Origin: Octopus vulgaris
Lineage: Eukaryota
DNA: 64,000 nt
Assembly: GCA_951406725.2 (NCBI GenBank)
Contig: OX597816.1
Span: 139,066,001-139,130,000 of the forward strand
Direction: 5' to 3'
Shown: positions 40,941-54,499 of the stretch, piece after piece
Layout: the number at the start of each line of letters is the position of its first letter
How positions within the stretch are numbered: position 1 is the stretch's first letter
Notes under the pieces: generated by a model
What the model saw: the letters and a program-made list of their open reading frames with translations, nothing else
Database searches by the model: none
What the model was told of the DNA's origin: nothing
Translations under genes and position numbers: made by a program

Positions 40941-41734
40941 GTTTAACATTTTAAGTAAATTATGTAATTCGTTCCGTTAGCAGTCCTTCATTTTCATATT
41001 TTATGGCCTGTCTTGTCCATTAAGCAAGCTATATAAGTGAGCGTTGTGTTAGTATGTATGTATGTATGTATGTATGTATGTATGTATGTATGTATGTATG
41101 TATGTATGTATGTATGTATGTATGTATGTATGTATGTATGTGTAAATGGTTATTGAAGTATGCATGACAAAATTTCAGTTTGCCTTTATATTATACGTAG
41201 ATATTTGTCTCCATGAAGATTTATTTGCGTAAATTAGTGGCATTTATATATGTATATGTATATACTTTTGATAATTGTATATGTGTTTGTTCAAGCCTGT
41301 ATGTGTATGCGAAGTCTAGTTCATATATGTATGTATCTATATCTATCTATCTATCTATCTGTCTGTCTGCCTGTCTGTTTGTCTGTCTATGTATCTATGT
41401 ATCTATCTACTTACATACCTACCTACCTACCTGCCTACATATATATCTATCTATCTATCTATCATTCTATCTAACTATCTATCATTCTAATCCTTTTATC
41501 TACGTCTCCGACTCACGCACACACGCGCACACGCAAACACACACTCTCTCTCTCTCACACACACACACATGTATAAATATATATACATATACATACAGAT
41601 AGATATACGCACACATTCTTATACATAGATACATACATATATAGAGAGAGAAAGATTGATTAATAGAATTGATACGAATACACACTCCAGTATATGTCTC
41701 TTTCTCTCTCCCCCCTGTCCCTTCCTCTCTGTTA

Positions 41735-42175
<441 letters not shown>

Positions 42176-42625
42176 GAACATGTTCGGAAATGTTTGTGTG
42201 GTTTCATGTTTATGCGTAAACCGCGTTTATGAATCAGTCTGTACTGAGGCTCAGTATGTGAAATATGTATGCAAATGACTTTCAGCCAGTCTTTATCTCA
42301 CGTCTGCCAAGACCACTCTACATCACTACATCATCAAGATCATCTCCCAATATCACTACATTGGCCCAATGAACTACAATATTTTGCCTGCTTCCTATTA
42401 GTCTGACAGTTATAAACATTATATATTTCACTGTCAAATCTAGCCGGCCAATACCTAATACTATAGACTGTAGATTACTACCGATATACATTAACACTTG
42501 CTGCACCCGGGTATGTTACGCCATAAATTATCTGTGATATATTGCTCATATTTGTATGAAGTGTATATTGCTATAAGCTGTAGTAGGAATATAACGCATA
42601 TACATACATGTGTACGTGTATGTAC

Positions 42626-42676
<51 letters not shown>

Positions 42677-42829
42677 AACACACACACACATACATATATA
42701 TGTATGTATGTATATAGATAGATGTGCGTGTATGCTCAAATCTGTATGAAGTGGTATAAGGTGTAGGAGGAATATAGCGCATATGCGTACATGTGTGTAT
42801 ATGTACACACACACACTTATAGATATATA

Positions 42830-42878
<49 letters not shown>

Positions 42879-42937
42879 TGTATGTATATGTATATAGATA
42901 GATAGATGTGTTTGTGTGCGTGTGCGTTTGGGAATGT

Positions 42938-42961
42938 TTATATATATATATATATATATAT

Positions 42962-43007
<46 letters not shown>

Positions 43008-43021
43008 TGATAGATAGATAT

Positions 43022-43062
<41 letters not shown>

Positions 43063-43063
43063 C

Positions 43064-43143
<80 letters not shown>
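42938..43143. repeat. (TA)n plus (GATA)n microsatellite
   Basis: Direct reading. Confidence 0.9.
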
Positions 43144-43189
43144 CGATAGAAAGATGTGTGTATGTGTGTGCGCACGCATATGCATATAA

Positions 43190-43325
43190 GCGCGGAGATG
43201 GCTGTTTGCTCAGAAGGTTACTTTTCAACTACATGGTTCCAGGTTCAATCCCACTGCTTAGGCACGCTTGGGCACGCTTGGGCAAGTCTCTTCTACTATA
43301 TAGCCCCGAGTGGAGGGAAATGTCG
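43190..43325 (+). mobile_element. SINE family C head, degenerate
   Basis: acatggttccaggttcaatcccactgc..ttgggcaagtctcttctactata. Confidence 0.65.
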
Positions 43326-43387
43326 TATACATATATATATATTTATATATATATATATACATACATATTCATACGCACATACATACA

Positions 43388-43423
<36 letters not shown>

Positions 43424-43479
43424 TATATACACATATATCTGTGTGTGTGTATACATGCATGCATATATAAGACAAAGTA

Positions 43480-43545
43480 TAAATAATGGTTATTATATAT
43501 TTTTCTTTTATTAGTGCAAATTTGGCTTACAACTGTTTCAAGTAG
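43480..43545 (-). mobile_element. Second copy of the pLTR-like fragment seen at 4706-4770
   Basis: Reverse complement tacttgaaacagttgtaagccaaatttgcactaataaaag aligns to tactggaaacagctgtgagccagatttgctctaataaagg. Confidence 0.5.
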
Positions 43546-43568
43546 TGATTTTAGGTACGTTACACACA

Positions 43569-43623
<55 letters not shown>

Positions 43624-43624
43624 A

Positions 43625-45965
43625 CATGTCTAATTGAGATTACCGGAAAACAGCGGAAATAATCAACACACGATCTTTTAAGCAGATTCACAGCAAACTA
43701 AAACACGTCGAGGTTTCCTTCAACCTGATTCAGGGTAATTTTGAAAAACATCGTTGATCAAGCACAACAACAACAATACCCAGAAAACCATGAACAGCAA
43801 CAAGCAAAACTACAACGACAACGACAGATCTTTGTTGACACTGTCACGAATATATGTGCTAAACACACTCCTCCAAGACCTGTGAAGAAAACTAAGTGCA
43901 GAATTCCTCAAAACAGAAAAACGATTATCAGAAAAACAAAAAGGACAAACAAAAAAGTTAAACTAAAATACTGCCAGCAGCCACAAATAAATTCGACGGC
44001 AATCACCCTGCTCGAATCAAAAAAATATAACTTCCAACAATATATGAATACCATCATCAATAACCAAAGAACAGCTGAGGAGAAACGGGTCGTTGAGATA
44101 ATCAAACTCAACCCTAAAGTGTTCTCTTTCGCAAAAAAACACAAGATCACTGTTTCCACTGATGGCCCTCTAATTGATGAAAATGGCATTCTCCAAGATA
44201 ATGACCAAACCATGAATGAGATACTGCAGAAACAGTGCTGCTCTGTTTTTAGCAATCCTGATATGGCCGATCTGGACTGTATCACCGATGTTAATCCTCA
44301 ACACACTACATCAGACATAACGTTTGTCGACCCTGATATCTTAGCGGCAATAAACGAAAATTAAGCACAATTCAGGATTAGGCCCTGATAGGTTCCCTGC
44401 TTGTGTCCTGAAGGTACGTCGACACCAACTTGCGTCTCCTGTTGCTAATCAGTGGAGGAACTTACTGGATGATGGTTATATTTCTGAAAACATTTTGTCC
44501 CAGTCTGTTGTCCCAGTTTTCAGAAAGTGAAACAAGTCCCTTGCAGTGAACTATCGGGCCGATCTCGCTCACCTCTCATGTCATCAAGGTATTTGGGAGA
44601 GTGATGAAATCACGGATAACCCTCTTTCTTGAAAGCAACGGACTGCTGACCCCCAACCAACATGGATTCCGTAGTGGAAAGAACTGCCTAACGCAGCTCC
44701 TGCATCACCTTTATGACATCTTGAAGGCTTTGAGAGAGGGTTCGAATGCTGATGTCATCTACCTTGATTTCAGCAAGGCCTTTGACAGGGTTGATCATAA
44801 GATCCTCTTGAAAAAGCTATCCAGCCTTGGTATCTCTGGAAAGTTGCTACAATGGGTCAACTGTTTCCTGACAGGCAGAACCCAACACGTTGTAGTCGAA
44901 AGAGTAAAATCAAGCCCAGCCAAAGTCAGTAGTGGTGTTCCTTAAGGCACTGTATTAGGCCTACTTCTTTTCATCATCTACGTCACTGACATTACAGACA
45001 TCATCAAGCATAGTAATATAAGAATCTTTGCAGATGACTCCAAGATACAGTAGGTCATCAATGAAGTGGGTGACTGGGCATGCCTTCAGTCATATCTACC
45101 AGCTGTCATTCAAGAGGCAGAAAAGGAAAATATGCTGCTGGACGAGGAAAAGTTTGAGTTAATCTACTTCGGAAAAGATGAAACCCTGAAACTTCCATAC
45201 TCCTTTCTCTCGGGTGAAACTCTCATGGCATCCAACAACATCAGAGACTTGGGAGTAATAGTGGACAACAACATAAGCTGGGCTGCTCATGTAAACAGCA
45301 AAGTTGACATAGCCCGCAGAATGTGTTCCTGGATTCTAGGAACTTTCCAGTCGAGAGATATCCACACCATTATCCTTCCCTTCTTCACTTTAGTCCGACC
45401 CCACCTTGAATAGTGTTGTCCATTGTGGTCTCCCCACGCAAAACAAATTATCATGAAAAGTGAAGCACCTCAAAGGTCAATTAAAAAAATGATAGATGGT
45501 ATGACAGGCCTTGAATATTGGGGGTCGACTAGAAAAGCTCTAGCTTTATTCTTTCCAACTCCGACGTGGGTGCTACATCATCAGCATTACCCAAATGATG
45601 TTGGCATCGCCTTTAATATACACCCAAGACTTCAACCCCGTGCTATTCGCCCCCGACAAAAATCATACGCGCATCACATAACAACAATACGGCACAATTA
45701 TTTCACCTCAAATGGTCCCACTCTCTTTAACACTACACCAAAACACATTAAAGCAGAGACAGACGCCATAAAATTCAAGAAGTCTTTGGATAAATTCCTC
45801 CAAAAATTCCCAGGTAAACCTTCTACACCCGAATATGTCTCCGTAACCAATAACTCTCTACTTGAGTTGGGTATGTTGTCCAAGTCCTGATTTAAATGGC
45901 TTTGCCAGATGGTGCTATTAAGTTAGACATGGTCCGGGCCAATACTGGCCGAAACCTATCAAAGT
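43625..45965 (+). mobile_element. 5'-truncated CR1-like LINE with decayed reverse transcriptase
   Basis: QHGFRSGKNCLTQLL...IYLDFSKAFDRVDH...SGVP*GTVLG.LLF...FADDSKI...IRDLGV...LVRPHLE; multiple stops and frameshifts. Confidence 0.9.
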
Positions 45966-46109
45966 ATACATATACATACATGCGCATCGCATCTTTGATG
46001 TTCTGCTTCATGAATCGTGGAATTATTTCAAGGGTTTGCATGTCTGATCGTGAAAAATTCCTAACAAACAGGAGGAGTTTGCGTGGAAGTTCTTTGTGTG
46101 TGTGTGTGC

Positions 46110-46181
<72 letters not shown>

Positions 46182-46217
46182 GTATATACATACATATATA
46201 TATATATACATATGTAT

Positions 46218-46282
<65 letters not shown>

Positions 46283-46314
46283 CATACATACATACATACA
46301 GAGATATATATATA

Positions 46315-46446
46315 CGCTTCCAAACCACATGGTTCCGGGTTCAGTCCAACTGCGTGGCTCCATGGGGAAGTGTCTTCTACCGTAGCCTCGGGCCGACTAG
46401 AGCATTGCGAGTGGATTTCGTAGACGGAAACTGAATGAAGCCCGTC

Positions 46447-46488
<42 letters not shown>

Positions 46489-46612
46489 ATATCAAGCGAG
46501 CTAAGGCGATATCCAACCATGGCTATAAAGAAGACACTTACTCGAGATAACACGCTGTTAGACTGAACCTGAAAATTCGTGGGTCAGATTCGTACTCGTT
46601 GATCACACAGCC
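46315..46612. mobile_element. SINE family C 5' half (+) 46315-46450 followed by a degenerate (-) 5' half 46520-46612
   Basis: Family C head motifs in both orientations around a (TA)n tract. Confidence 0.7.
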
Positions 46613-46800
46613 CTGAAAATTTGGTCATAATTTTTAACAGGTGGATTGTCCGATTGAAAATCCCCTCCAGTATGTATGGGAAACCAGCCGAAATGTAGAT
46701 TTACTCAAATAATTACTGGCAAAAAGTGAAAGTAGGCATTGTGTGTATCACACTTTTTGACTGACAAAATATTTTGGGGAGAAAACTCAACATATAAAGA

Positions 46801-47207
46801 GTATCTTTTTGCCTTTTCTTTGTTTCAGTCATTAGACTGCGGCCATCCTGAGGCACCACCTTCAAAAATTTTAGTCGAACGAGTCGGCAGTAGTATTAAT
46901 TTGTTAAAAGCCTGGCACTTATATTGGCGGAGCCTTTTGCCGGACCGCCAGGTTATGAGGAACTTAACACACCCTCACCGGCTGTCAGGTGGTGGTGGTG
47001 GTGGTGGTGGTGGTGGTGGTGGTGGTGATGGGGATAAACACGGACAAAAAGACATATGCACGACAGGATTCTTTTAATTTCCGTCCACTCACGAGGGCTG
47101 AGTCCACTGGCCTGAGTCCATCGCAGAAAACATTTACCCAAGGTGCCGCAAAGTGGGACTGAACCCGAAACCATATGGCTGGAAAGCAAACTTCTTACCA
47201 CACAGCG
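46801..47207 (-). mobile_element. SINE family C with internal (GGT)n expansion
   Basis: Matches the 21689 copy; (GGT)n at ~46988-47026; lacks (TA)n. Confidence 0.8.
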
Positions 47208-47509
47208 TCATCTGAGCCTCTAGAAAACTTTGCGATAGTAGCGGTAGGATGTATATTAATTTTAATGCATGTATTCTCTTGTACTCATTTACTTGTCTCA
47301 GTTATTGGAGAGCGGTCAAGCTGGGATACTGCTTATATAAGTTTAATCGAACAAACAGATCCCAGTTTCTCTTTTTATATCTGTTACTCTTTCTATCCGT
47401 TTTGCCGAATTGCTAATTCAGGCAATCTGGAAGTGATTGTATGTTTTGAACACTTTATTATGGAATTGAAATCCGGAAAATCTGAACAATGTAATAAGCA
47501 AAATTAAGT

Positions 47510-47720
47510 AGTGAACTGGCAGAATCGTTAGCACACCAGACAAAATGTTTAGCGGCATTTCATCCGTCTTTACGTTCTGAGTTCAAATTCAGGCGCAGTC
47601 GAATTTACCTTTCATCCTTTCGTGGTCAATAAAATAAGTACCAGTACAGCACTGAAGTCGGAGTAATCAACTTACTCACCCCCGGAAATTGCTGGCCTTG
47701 TGCCAAAACTTGAAACCAAT
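47510..47720 (+). mobile_element. SINE family A
   Basis: ctggcagaatcgttagc..tacgttctgagttcaaatt..cctttcatcctttc..aataagtaccag. Confidence 0.8.
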
Positions 47721-49708
47721 ATATTAAACAACATTCAATACAAGCGAAATGAGAAAATTTCATTGGTCAACTGGTACTGAAATTTAAACTAAATAAAAAC
47801 ATTTTTATGAACTTTGCATCAATTTAATCTTTATTTATTGCAGTAGTTTGAACTTTAATGACATTTTAAACTGCACAGTATATTTTTATTAACGCGAAAA
47901 CATTTCTCAGTTTGACACTTTTGTCTTATACATGCACTTAACAAATCCTTGCCTTGTTTCTGCAGTTTGTCGTGTTGAAGCTAACCTGAATGAGATTTGT
48001 TTATGCACCAAGATGTCAATAAAAGTTTTCTTGCTCACAGAAAAATGTGATTTGCTACATATAATAATGCCGTTTCAAAAGACCACTTACGTCATACCCA
48101 ACGCACAGAAATCACCATGATGGGCCAAAGTATAGTGATCTCTTCAACATGTTACTCAAAACAACGCGCTGTACGATACAAAGTAGAATATAAATTATAA
48201 GGAAAATATATTAGACTAACTATTGACACGCAATGCCTATGATCAAACACTTACCAAAGAAAATGCAAGGGAAAAACAATAATAACATGTAGTAAAACTT
48301 TTATGCAATTTTCGTTTCTGATGCCTCTCATGCAATATGTCGGCCGAACGATTTAGAATAAAGCATGTCCAATTTACGATTTGGACATGCTTTATTCTGT
48401 CCACATTTGAGTCTACTTCTGTATACCTGCTAGTCTTGTTTAGCCCCAAAGGCCGATAAACAAGCTAACAATCTAGTACCATCCCTCTCATTTTCTATAT
48501 TTCGCTTTCGCTCTGGTAGAAATTGTCAATGCACAGGCATGCAAAGGAATGGAATTCACCGAATTAAAATGTTCAGGACACGTTGTGTATTATAACAGTG
48601 TCTAGAAAACTCCAGTAGTAGTAGTAGAGGGCATATAATATATATGTGTGTGTGTACGTGTGTGTGTGTGTCTATGTGTGTGTGTTTCTGTATATATGTA
48701 TATATATATATAATAATAATATAAATAATATATATGTATATATACATACGTATACGTATATACATATGCATATGTGGGCACAAGACGTCACACAACGTAA
48801 ACAACAAAAAATACGAAGTACGAGGACATGAAATATGAACTTTTTGCGAGCAACGAAAGAAACAAACGGAAAACAAGACAAACACAAAGAACGACCCTTC
48901 ATCAGTTGTCGGCTGTTTTTCTAATCCGTATTTCGAGCATTTCACGACAAGATACGCCTTCGATACGCTACCCGAAAGCAAATTAAATAAAATTTGGGAT
49001 TTTGCTAAGCAGTGTTTCTGAATGAGCAGAATAAGGTAAGTTGAAATATGTTTGTCACATATTTCGACTGCTAAAGGACAAATACATTGCAGTTACCGTG
49101 GAGAAAAATCTCTCTTATGGCAAAAGTGTGTAAAAATGCCCGGTCCGTTCAGTGTTGCCATCTGTTAGAAAACTCAGACATCGATGTTTCAAACTTCTTG
49201 GCTATTTTCGATGAGATGTACGTAAGAGAGGCAGCTCCAAACGGACTTATAAAGCTATAGCATTATGTATAATTCAGACAGTACGTTGACTGATTTGCCC
49301 TAGTAGATCGCCCGATCGAAAGAAAATAATTTGCCTAATTCTGCTCATACATAGACACTGCTTAGCGCTAATAATTCGTTATATTTTTTTACCCTCGTGT
49401 CCACCTTTTCCACGCTTGTCTTTGGAATCTCATGCAGCGTCAATAACCGTGTGCGTCTTGGAAGTACTCCGTGTTGGTAGAGCATGCCCTGAATTTTCCT
49501 GGAATCTCTGATCTTTGAATCCTCCTCAAACACTTATCTGCTTGTTTGTCAGTAGTAGAGGTAACATTGCTTCTGTCCTGGAGCGAATTATCAAACCTGT
49601 TTCCAAGGCATGTGATCGGATTTACGTCTAATGGTGGATAACGTGATATATATATATATGCCCCAGCATGGCCGCGGCCTTCGGGCTAAAGCATTTTAAA
49701 GGATTTAA

Positions 49709-49766
<58 letters not shown>

Positions 49767-49863
49767 GCAGAAACAAGGAAAATGCCACTTATATTTGAAC
49801 ACTATTCAAATATTCTTTTAAAAAAACTTTTCTTTTAATTTTTCTAAATTTAATTCATTGTTA

Positions 49864-49899
49864 CAGTTGAAAAGGTCTCAATGACTGAAACCGGTACTA
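49864..49899 (+). ncRNA. Degenerate minimal hammerhead motif in a (TA)n-flanked insert (49765-49955)
   Basis: ag-tTGAAaA-ggtc-tcaat-gact-GAAA-ccgg-TA-ct: palindromic stem III ACCGGT, two core substitutions. Confidence 0.4.
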
Positions 49900-49951
49900 A
49901 AATGTTCTTTATAAAATTATTTTAGCATTTTCTATCCTGACTTGTTTTTTC

Positions 49952-50004
<53 letters not shown>

Positions 50005-50181
50005 AAGGTAAGATCGAAGGATCAAGCTGTAGGAAGATAGTAAGCTTCAAGTAGTCCGTATAAGGTATAAAAAACAACTTTTAGGAAGAATAGTAGTTTA
50101 TAGGCATTTTCAATCGAATATCCTGTGAGTCAGCATATTAACTTGACGACAATGCGAACTTCTTTTGATTAAGGCATAATT

Positions 50182-50267
50182 GGCCCGATGAGTAGCTAGC
50201 AGGTTAACTCTCATTGGGATAATTACTACTTCCGAGAGGTTTTGCTAGCCTTGAAACATATGTAGCC
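50182..50267 (+). ncRNA. Hammerhead motif with extended stem II (U4 to C)
   Basis: ggc-CcGATGA-[gctagca..ctctc..gagag..tgctagc]-GAAA-catatg-TA-gcc: palindromic stem III CATATG. Confidence 0.5.
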
Positions 50268-50339
50268 TGGATTTTATCAACTCCTTTCCCTAATTTTGGT
50301 TATATATATATCACGATATCGACCATGCTACCGGATGTA

Positions 50340-50522
50340 ATTGCATATCGCTGGTCACAATGCATCATTTTAACTTTAGACTGATACTTCCCCGTTGGTT
50401 AGACGAACAGGCCAATATACTCCCTGATCGGAACGCTTGTCCCTCTAAGTGTTAACCATTTACAGCTGAGTGGACTGGAGCAATGTGAAATGAAGTATTT
50501 TTGCCCAGGGACACAGCGCGCA
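50340..50522 (-). mobile_element. CORE-like SINE fragment
   Basis: catttacagctgagtggactggagcaatgtgaaatgaagt is the reverse complement of the CORE-like domain. Confidence 0.65.
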
Positions 50523-50819
50523 GCCAGTATACCGGACAGAACATCATAAAGTCAGAAATATGGTTTAAGTTCACTCGGATGTGGGCTGCAATAGGTTTAA
50601 ACATTCCAATTTCTATTTTGAGATAGAACCACTCAGAAATTGAGAAGCCAGTTCTCAATTTCTCGATCTGCTAGAAATAGTAGCCAAGTAATCTTTGAAG
50701 CACACCAGCAAATCTACTATTTAAAAGTAAAACAAAATGTCTAGATATACCCCTTTAGGTCAGGAGCTGATTTTGTGATTGATCTTGAGCAAAACAATAG
50801 AGTCATTGAGAGGTTTTTG

Positions 50820-50883
<64 letters not shown>

Positions 50884-51666
50884 CAGCAGCAGCAGCAGCA
50901 GATACGGCGTTGTTAGTCATGTTAGTAGTCGTGGTGTTATTACTCTGACATTAGGAATAGTGGAGGTGACGCAAACTTATGAAGACATTACTATTCCATC
51001 AGAGTATCGGGGAGTTGTTACGTCGCGTGGCAGAATCACAATTAAACTAAGATAAACGGAGGCGGGAGGCAGCGTTGCAGCCTGTTGACTTTGTTGTTGT
51101 TTTTTTATATCATATTAGAGAGTAGTTTATTTTTTATACACACGCTTTGACTTTTCTCAGTCAATCTCTTTTTCTTTCACCTTCTCTCTCTCTCTCTTTC
51201 TCTGTATTTATCTGCCTATCTGCCTGACTGTCTGTCTGTTTATCTCTCTCTCTCTCTCTGTTGCTGGGTCTGTCTTTGTGTCGTGTTCTTTCTCTACTTT
51301 CTGCCATACGGTTAAAATTTTTTTTGCTGTGTACTTACATCTTATAACATAAGTGTACACGAAATACATACATACATATATATGTGTGTGTGTGTGTGTA
51401 TGTGTGTGTGTATGCGTATACATATATACATATATATATATATACATATATGCATACATACATGTACATGTATATACATATGTATACATTCACACACACA
51501 TACACACACATATATTCACACAGAAATTCACTTTCACTTCACTTATATATATACATATATATATATGGGCGCATACATGTACATGTAGAAATATATAATT
51601 GCTTATGTACAAAAAATACGGAGATATATACATCCATACATAATATATATATATACGTTTATGTAT

Positions 51667-51758
<92 letters not shown>

Positions 51759-52204
51759 TGTGATGTGCTATACGCAATCAATTTGCCTACGAAAAGATCC
51801 CACATTCAATTGCTGACTACATTTCACTTAGTAATTTTAGCTAAGCTCCATTTTGTTTTTGTGCGAAAAATGTCCTGAAGAATCAGTGTCCAATATTTTT
51901 AGCACCAGGGGCAAATATGGCAGTGATAAGTCTTAAGTAATAGCTGGCATTTTCGCCGATCGATGCAAGATTAATGCTATAATTCAGCCTAGCAATAAAG
52001 GCTACATTTTACACCTGTCATCTCTCTTTTCTATCAAATATTATCAAACGTCAAGTGCTTTTGTATTACTGTGTCTCTTCCACACTTTCTCTCTTTGTAT
52101 GTATACGTGGGCGTGTACGTGTATATTCATACATACATACATACAAACATATATATACATATATACATGCATACATACGTACATGTATGTATGCTTTTAT
52201 TCAT

Positions 52205-52275
<71 letters not shown>

Positions 52276-54499
52276 TACATATATATATATTTGTATTTAT
52301 ATGTATATATATGTGTGTGTATATACGTATACATGTATATTTATATATGTATTTATATTGATATATGTGTGTGCGTTTAAATGATTGTACGTATTATATC
52401 ACATATAAATATATGTATATATATTATATATATGTATATATATATATATTATATATATATGTATATATACATATATATTTATATATATACACATACATAT
52501 ATATATATACATACACATACATACACACATACATAAATACACATGCATACACATGCATACATACATACACACACTCACATACATACATACATCTCACTCT
52601 CTCAGTCTTTCAGGCTTTTCGCTCTATATTTTTTTATTATTTTGTTTATTATTATTGGTAGATTTCTCGGTATAGCATTTGATTTCTATCATTCTTTAAT
52701 CCTTTCCTATTTTTTCTTTCTTTTTGCTTTCTCTCCTTTCATTCTCCCTTTCTGTTATTCTTTTCTGCTTATTTCTTATCTCTCTTCAGCGCGTTCTGAG
52801 ACTCTTTCGCTTAATTCCACAAGTCTCTATTCTAAATTCTTTCTCGTTCTCTTGTTCGTTCAGTTCTCTTATTTCTTCCCAAGGATCGTTCCCTTAATTC
52901 TTTCATGGTAATTCTTTCATGGTAACGTGTCTGTCTCTCTGCCTGTCTTACTCTGTCTCTTTCTCTCTCTTTCTTTCTCACCCGCCTCCCAATTTTATTC
53001 CATTACTTGTCTTTCATTTTTCTGTCATCCCTTTTCTGTCTCTCCTTTTCTTTCTTCTTATTCCTTCACTCATTTTCTTTGAAAAAGCTTTTCTCATGTT
53101 CCATGTCTCTACTTTATCTTAAGTTTGTCTGTTTATCACTTGTGTATTTCGCCTTCCGTTCTGTATTCCCGACTCTCATTCGCTATGTTCGTCCCTCATA
53201 GAGAGTTGGGTTTTTTCGCTTTGCTTCATTTCTCTGTTACATTGAATTGGAAACCACAATGGTTAACGCTAATATTTCACGGAAGTGGTGGTTTGCCTAG
53301 TTTAATTATGCTTTCTATTGAATAACAACTCGCGGTTTCTCTTAGGTGAGAAGCGTGTTATGCATTTTGTAGAAAAGTTTCTTTTCTGCTCTTCATATGT
53401 TTTCACATTGTACTAAGGGCTTCTCAATAATTCTTGAGGAACCTGATATGTATTTTCTTTGAACTGCATCTCTTCGCGTGTTAAGGTCAAATTTTTTAAA
53501 TATTTGTTTTCAGATTTTTATCACGGTTCCTAAGTTTCGGATACTAATCAACGATATTATGTTTTTGTTCGCTTCTTTATTCTAGTACTTGAATATTTCA
53601 TATTTCAAGTTTATAAAATGAGCTAGTTTTTTTTTCCATTTTCTTTATTTCCTGGTGGCAGTTTGGTATTCCACGTCGATTACAATGCCTAACGTTCTTC
53701 TTCGTATTGAAAATTCTTGCTCTTGTTGCACCTTAGAGCGTTTTTCCCACACAGCGAAAACAGAAAAGACGAATTGAATACTCCATTGCTACTGACACCA
53801 TCGCTGTATCAACAACTGCAATGCGCAGCAACAGGAGCAATGTACAACAGTAGCACTAGGAAGAAATGGGGACTGCAATAGCAGCATCTCGAACAACATC
53901 ATCAATAGCAAGGATAACGAGAACAATGACAACGCATGCAACAAACAACATCAGCAGAAACCCTGAGAACAGTAACAGCAGTGGCACCAACATCAGTATC
54001 AAATTCGCCAGCAGTAGCAAATCAGGAAGTGACAACTACTGAACTGTTTCTGAACACATTGTTCCCCCGCCTATTGCTCAAAAGCAAATATGCACACAGA
54101 AGGAAGCATACATCTGACCTGTGTCGGAGTTTTTCAGCGAATAATGAAAAGAGGTTATGGAAGATGGAGGCAAGAAAAGCAGAAAAAAAAAAACACTGAA
54201 AAATCGGAAAGGAAAGAAACAAAATATAAAAAAGCACTATCTCACACATCAACCTCAAACAACGCTAGATCTACAGAAACACTCACGCCACCACTACCAC
54301 CACCTTCATTAAAAGCAGCTAAGTGGAAACAGACAAAGAACATAACAACAAACATACGACAGGAATCCAGCGGTGAAACATACAAATCCAAGAACAATCA
54401 GAACAAAAACTATACCAATTAAATACACAACAACAAAGTGCACCCGCACCCAACTTTGTGCTAGACAAAATAAAGACCTGCTATTTTGCACAGCGATGT

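Noticed and set aside
48780-49010. Minus-strand CTGATGA and cGAAA near 48900-48937 as a hammerhead
   Set aside because: Motifs are in permuted order and I could not build stems II and III; probably a repeat, but ribozyme not supported
53936-54422. T/A/K-rich ORFs upstream of the Tx1-like LINE as a host gene
   Set aside because: Low complexity and frameshifted; more likely decayed LINE ORF1, but not identifiable
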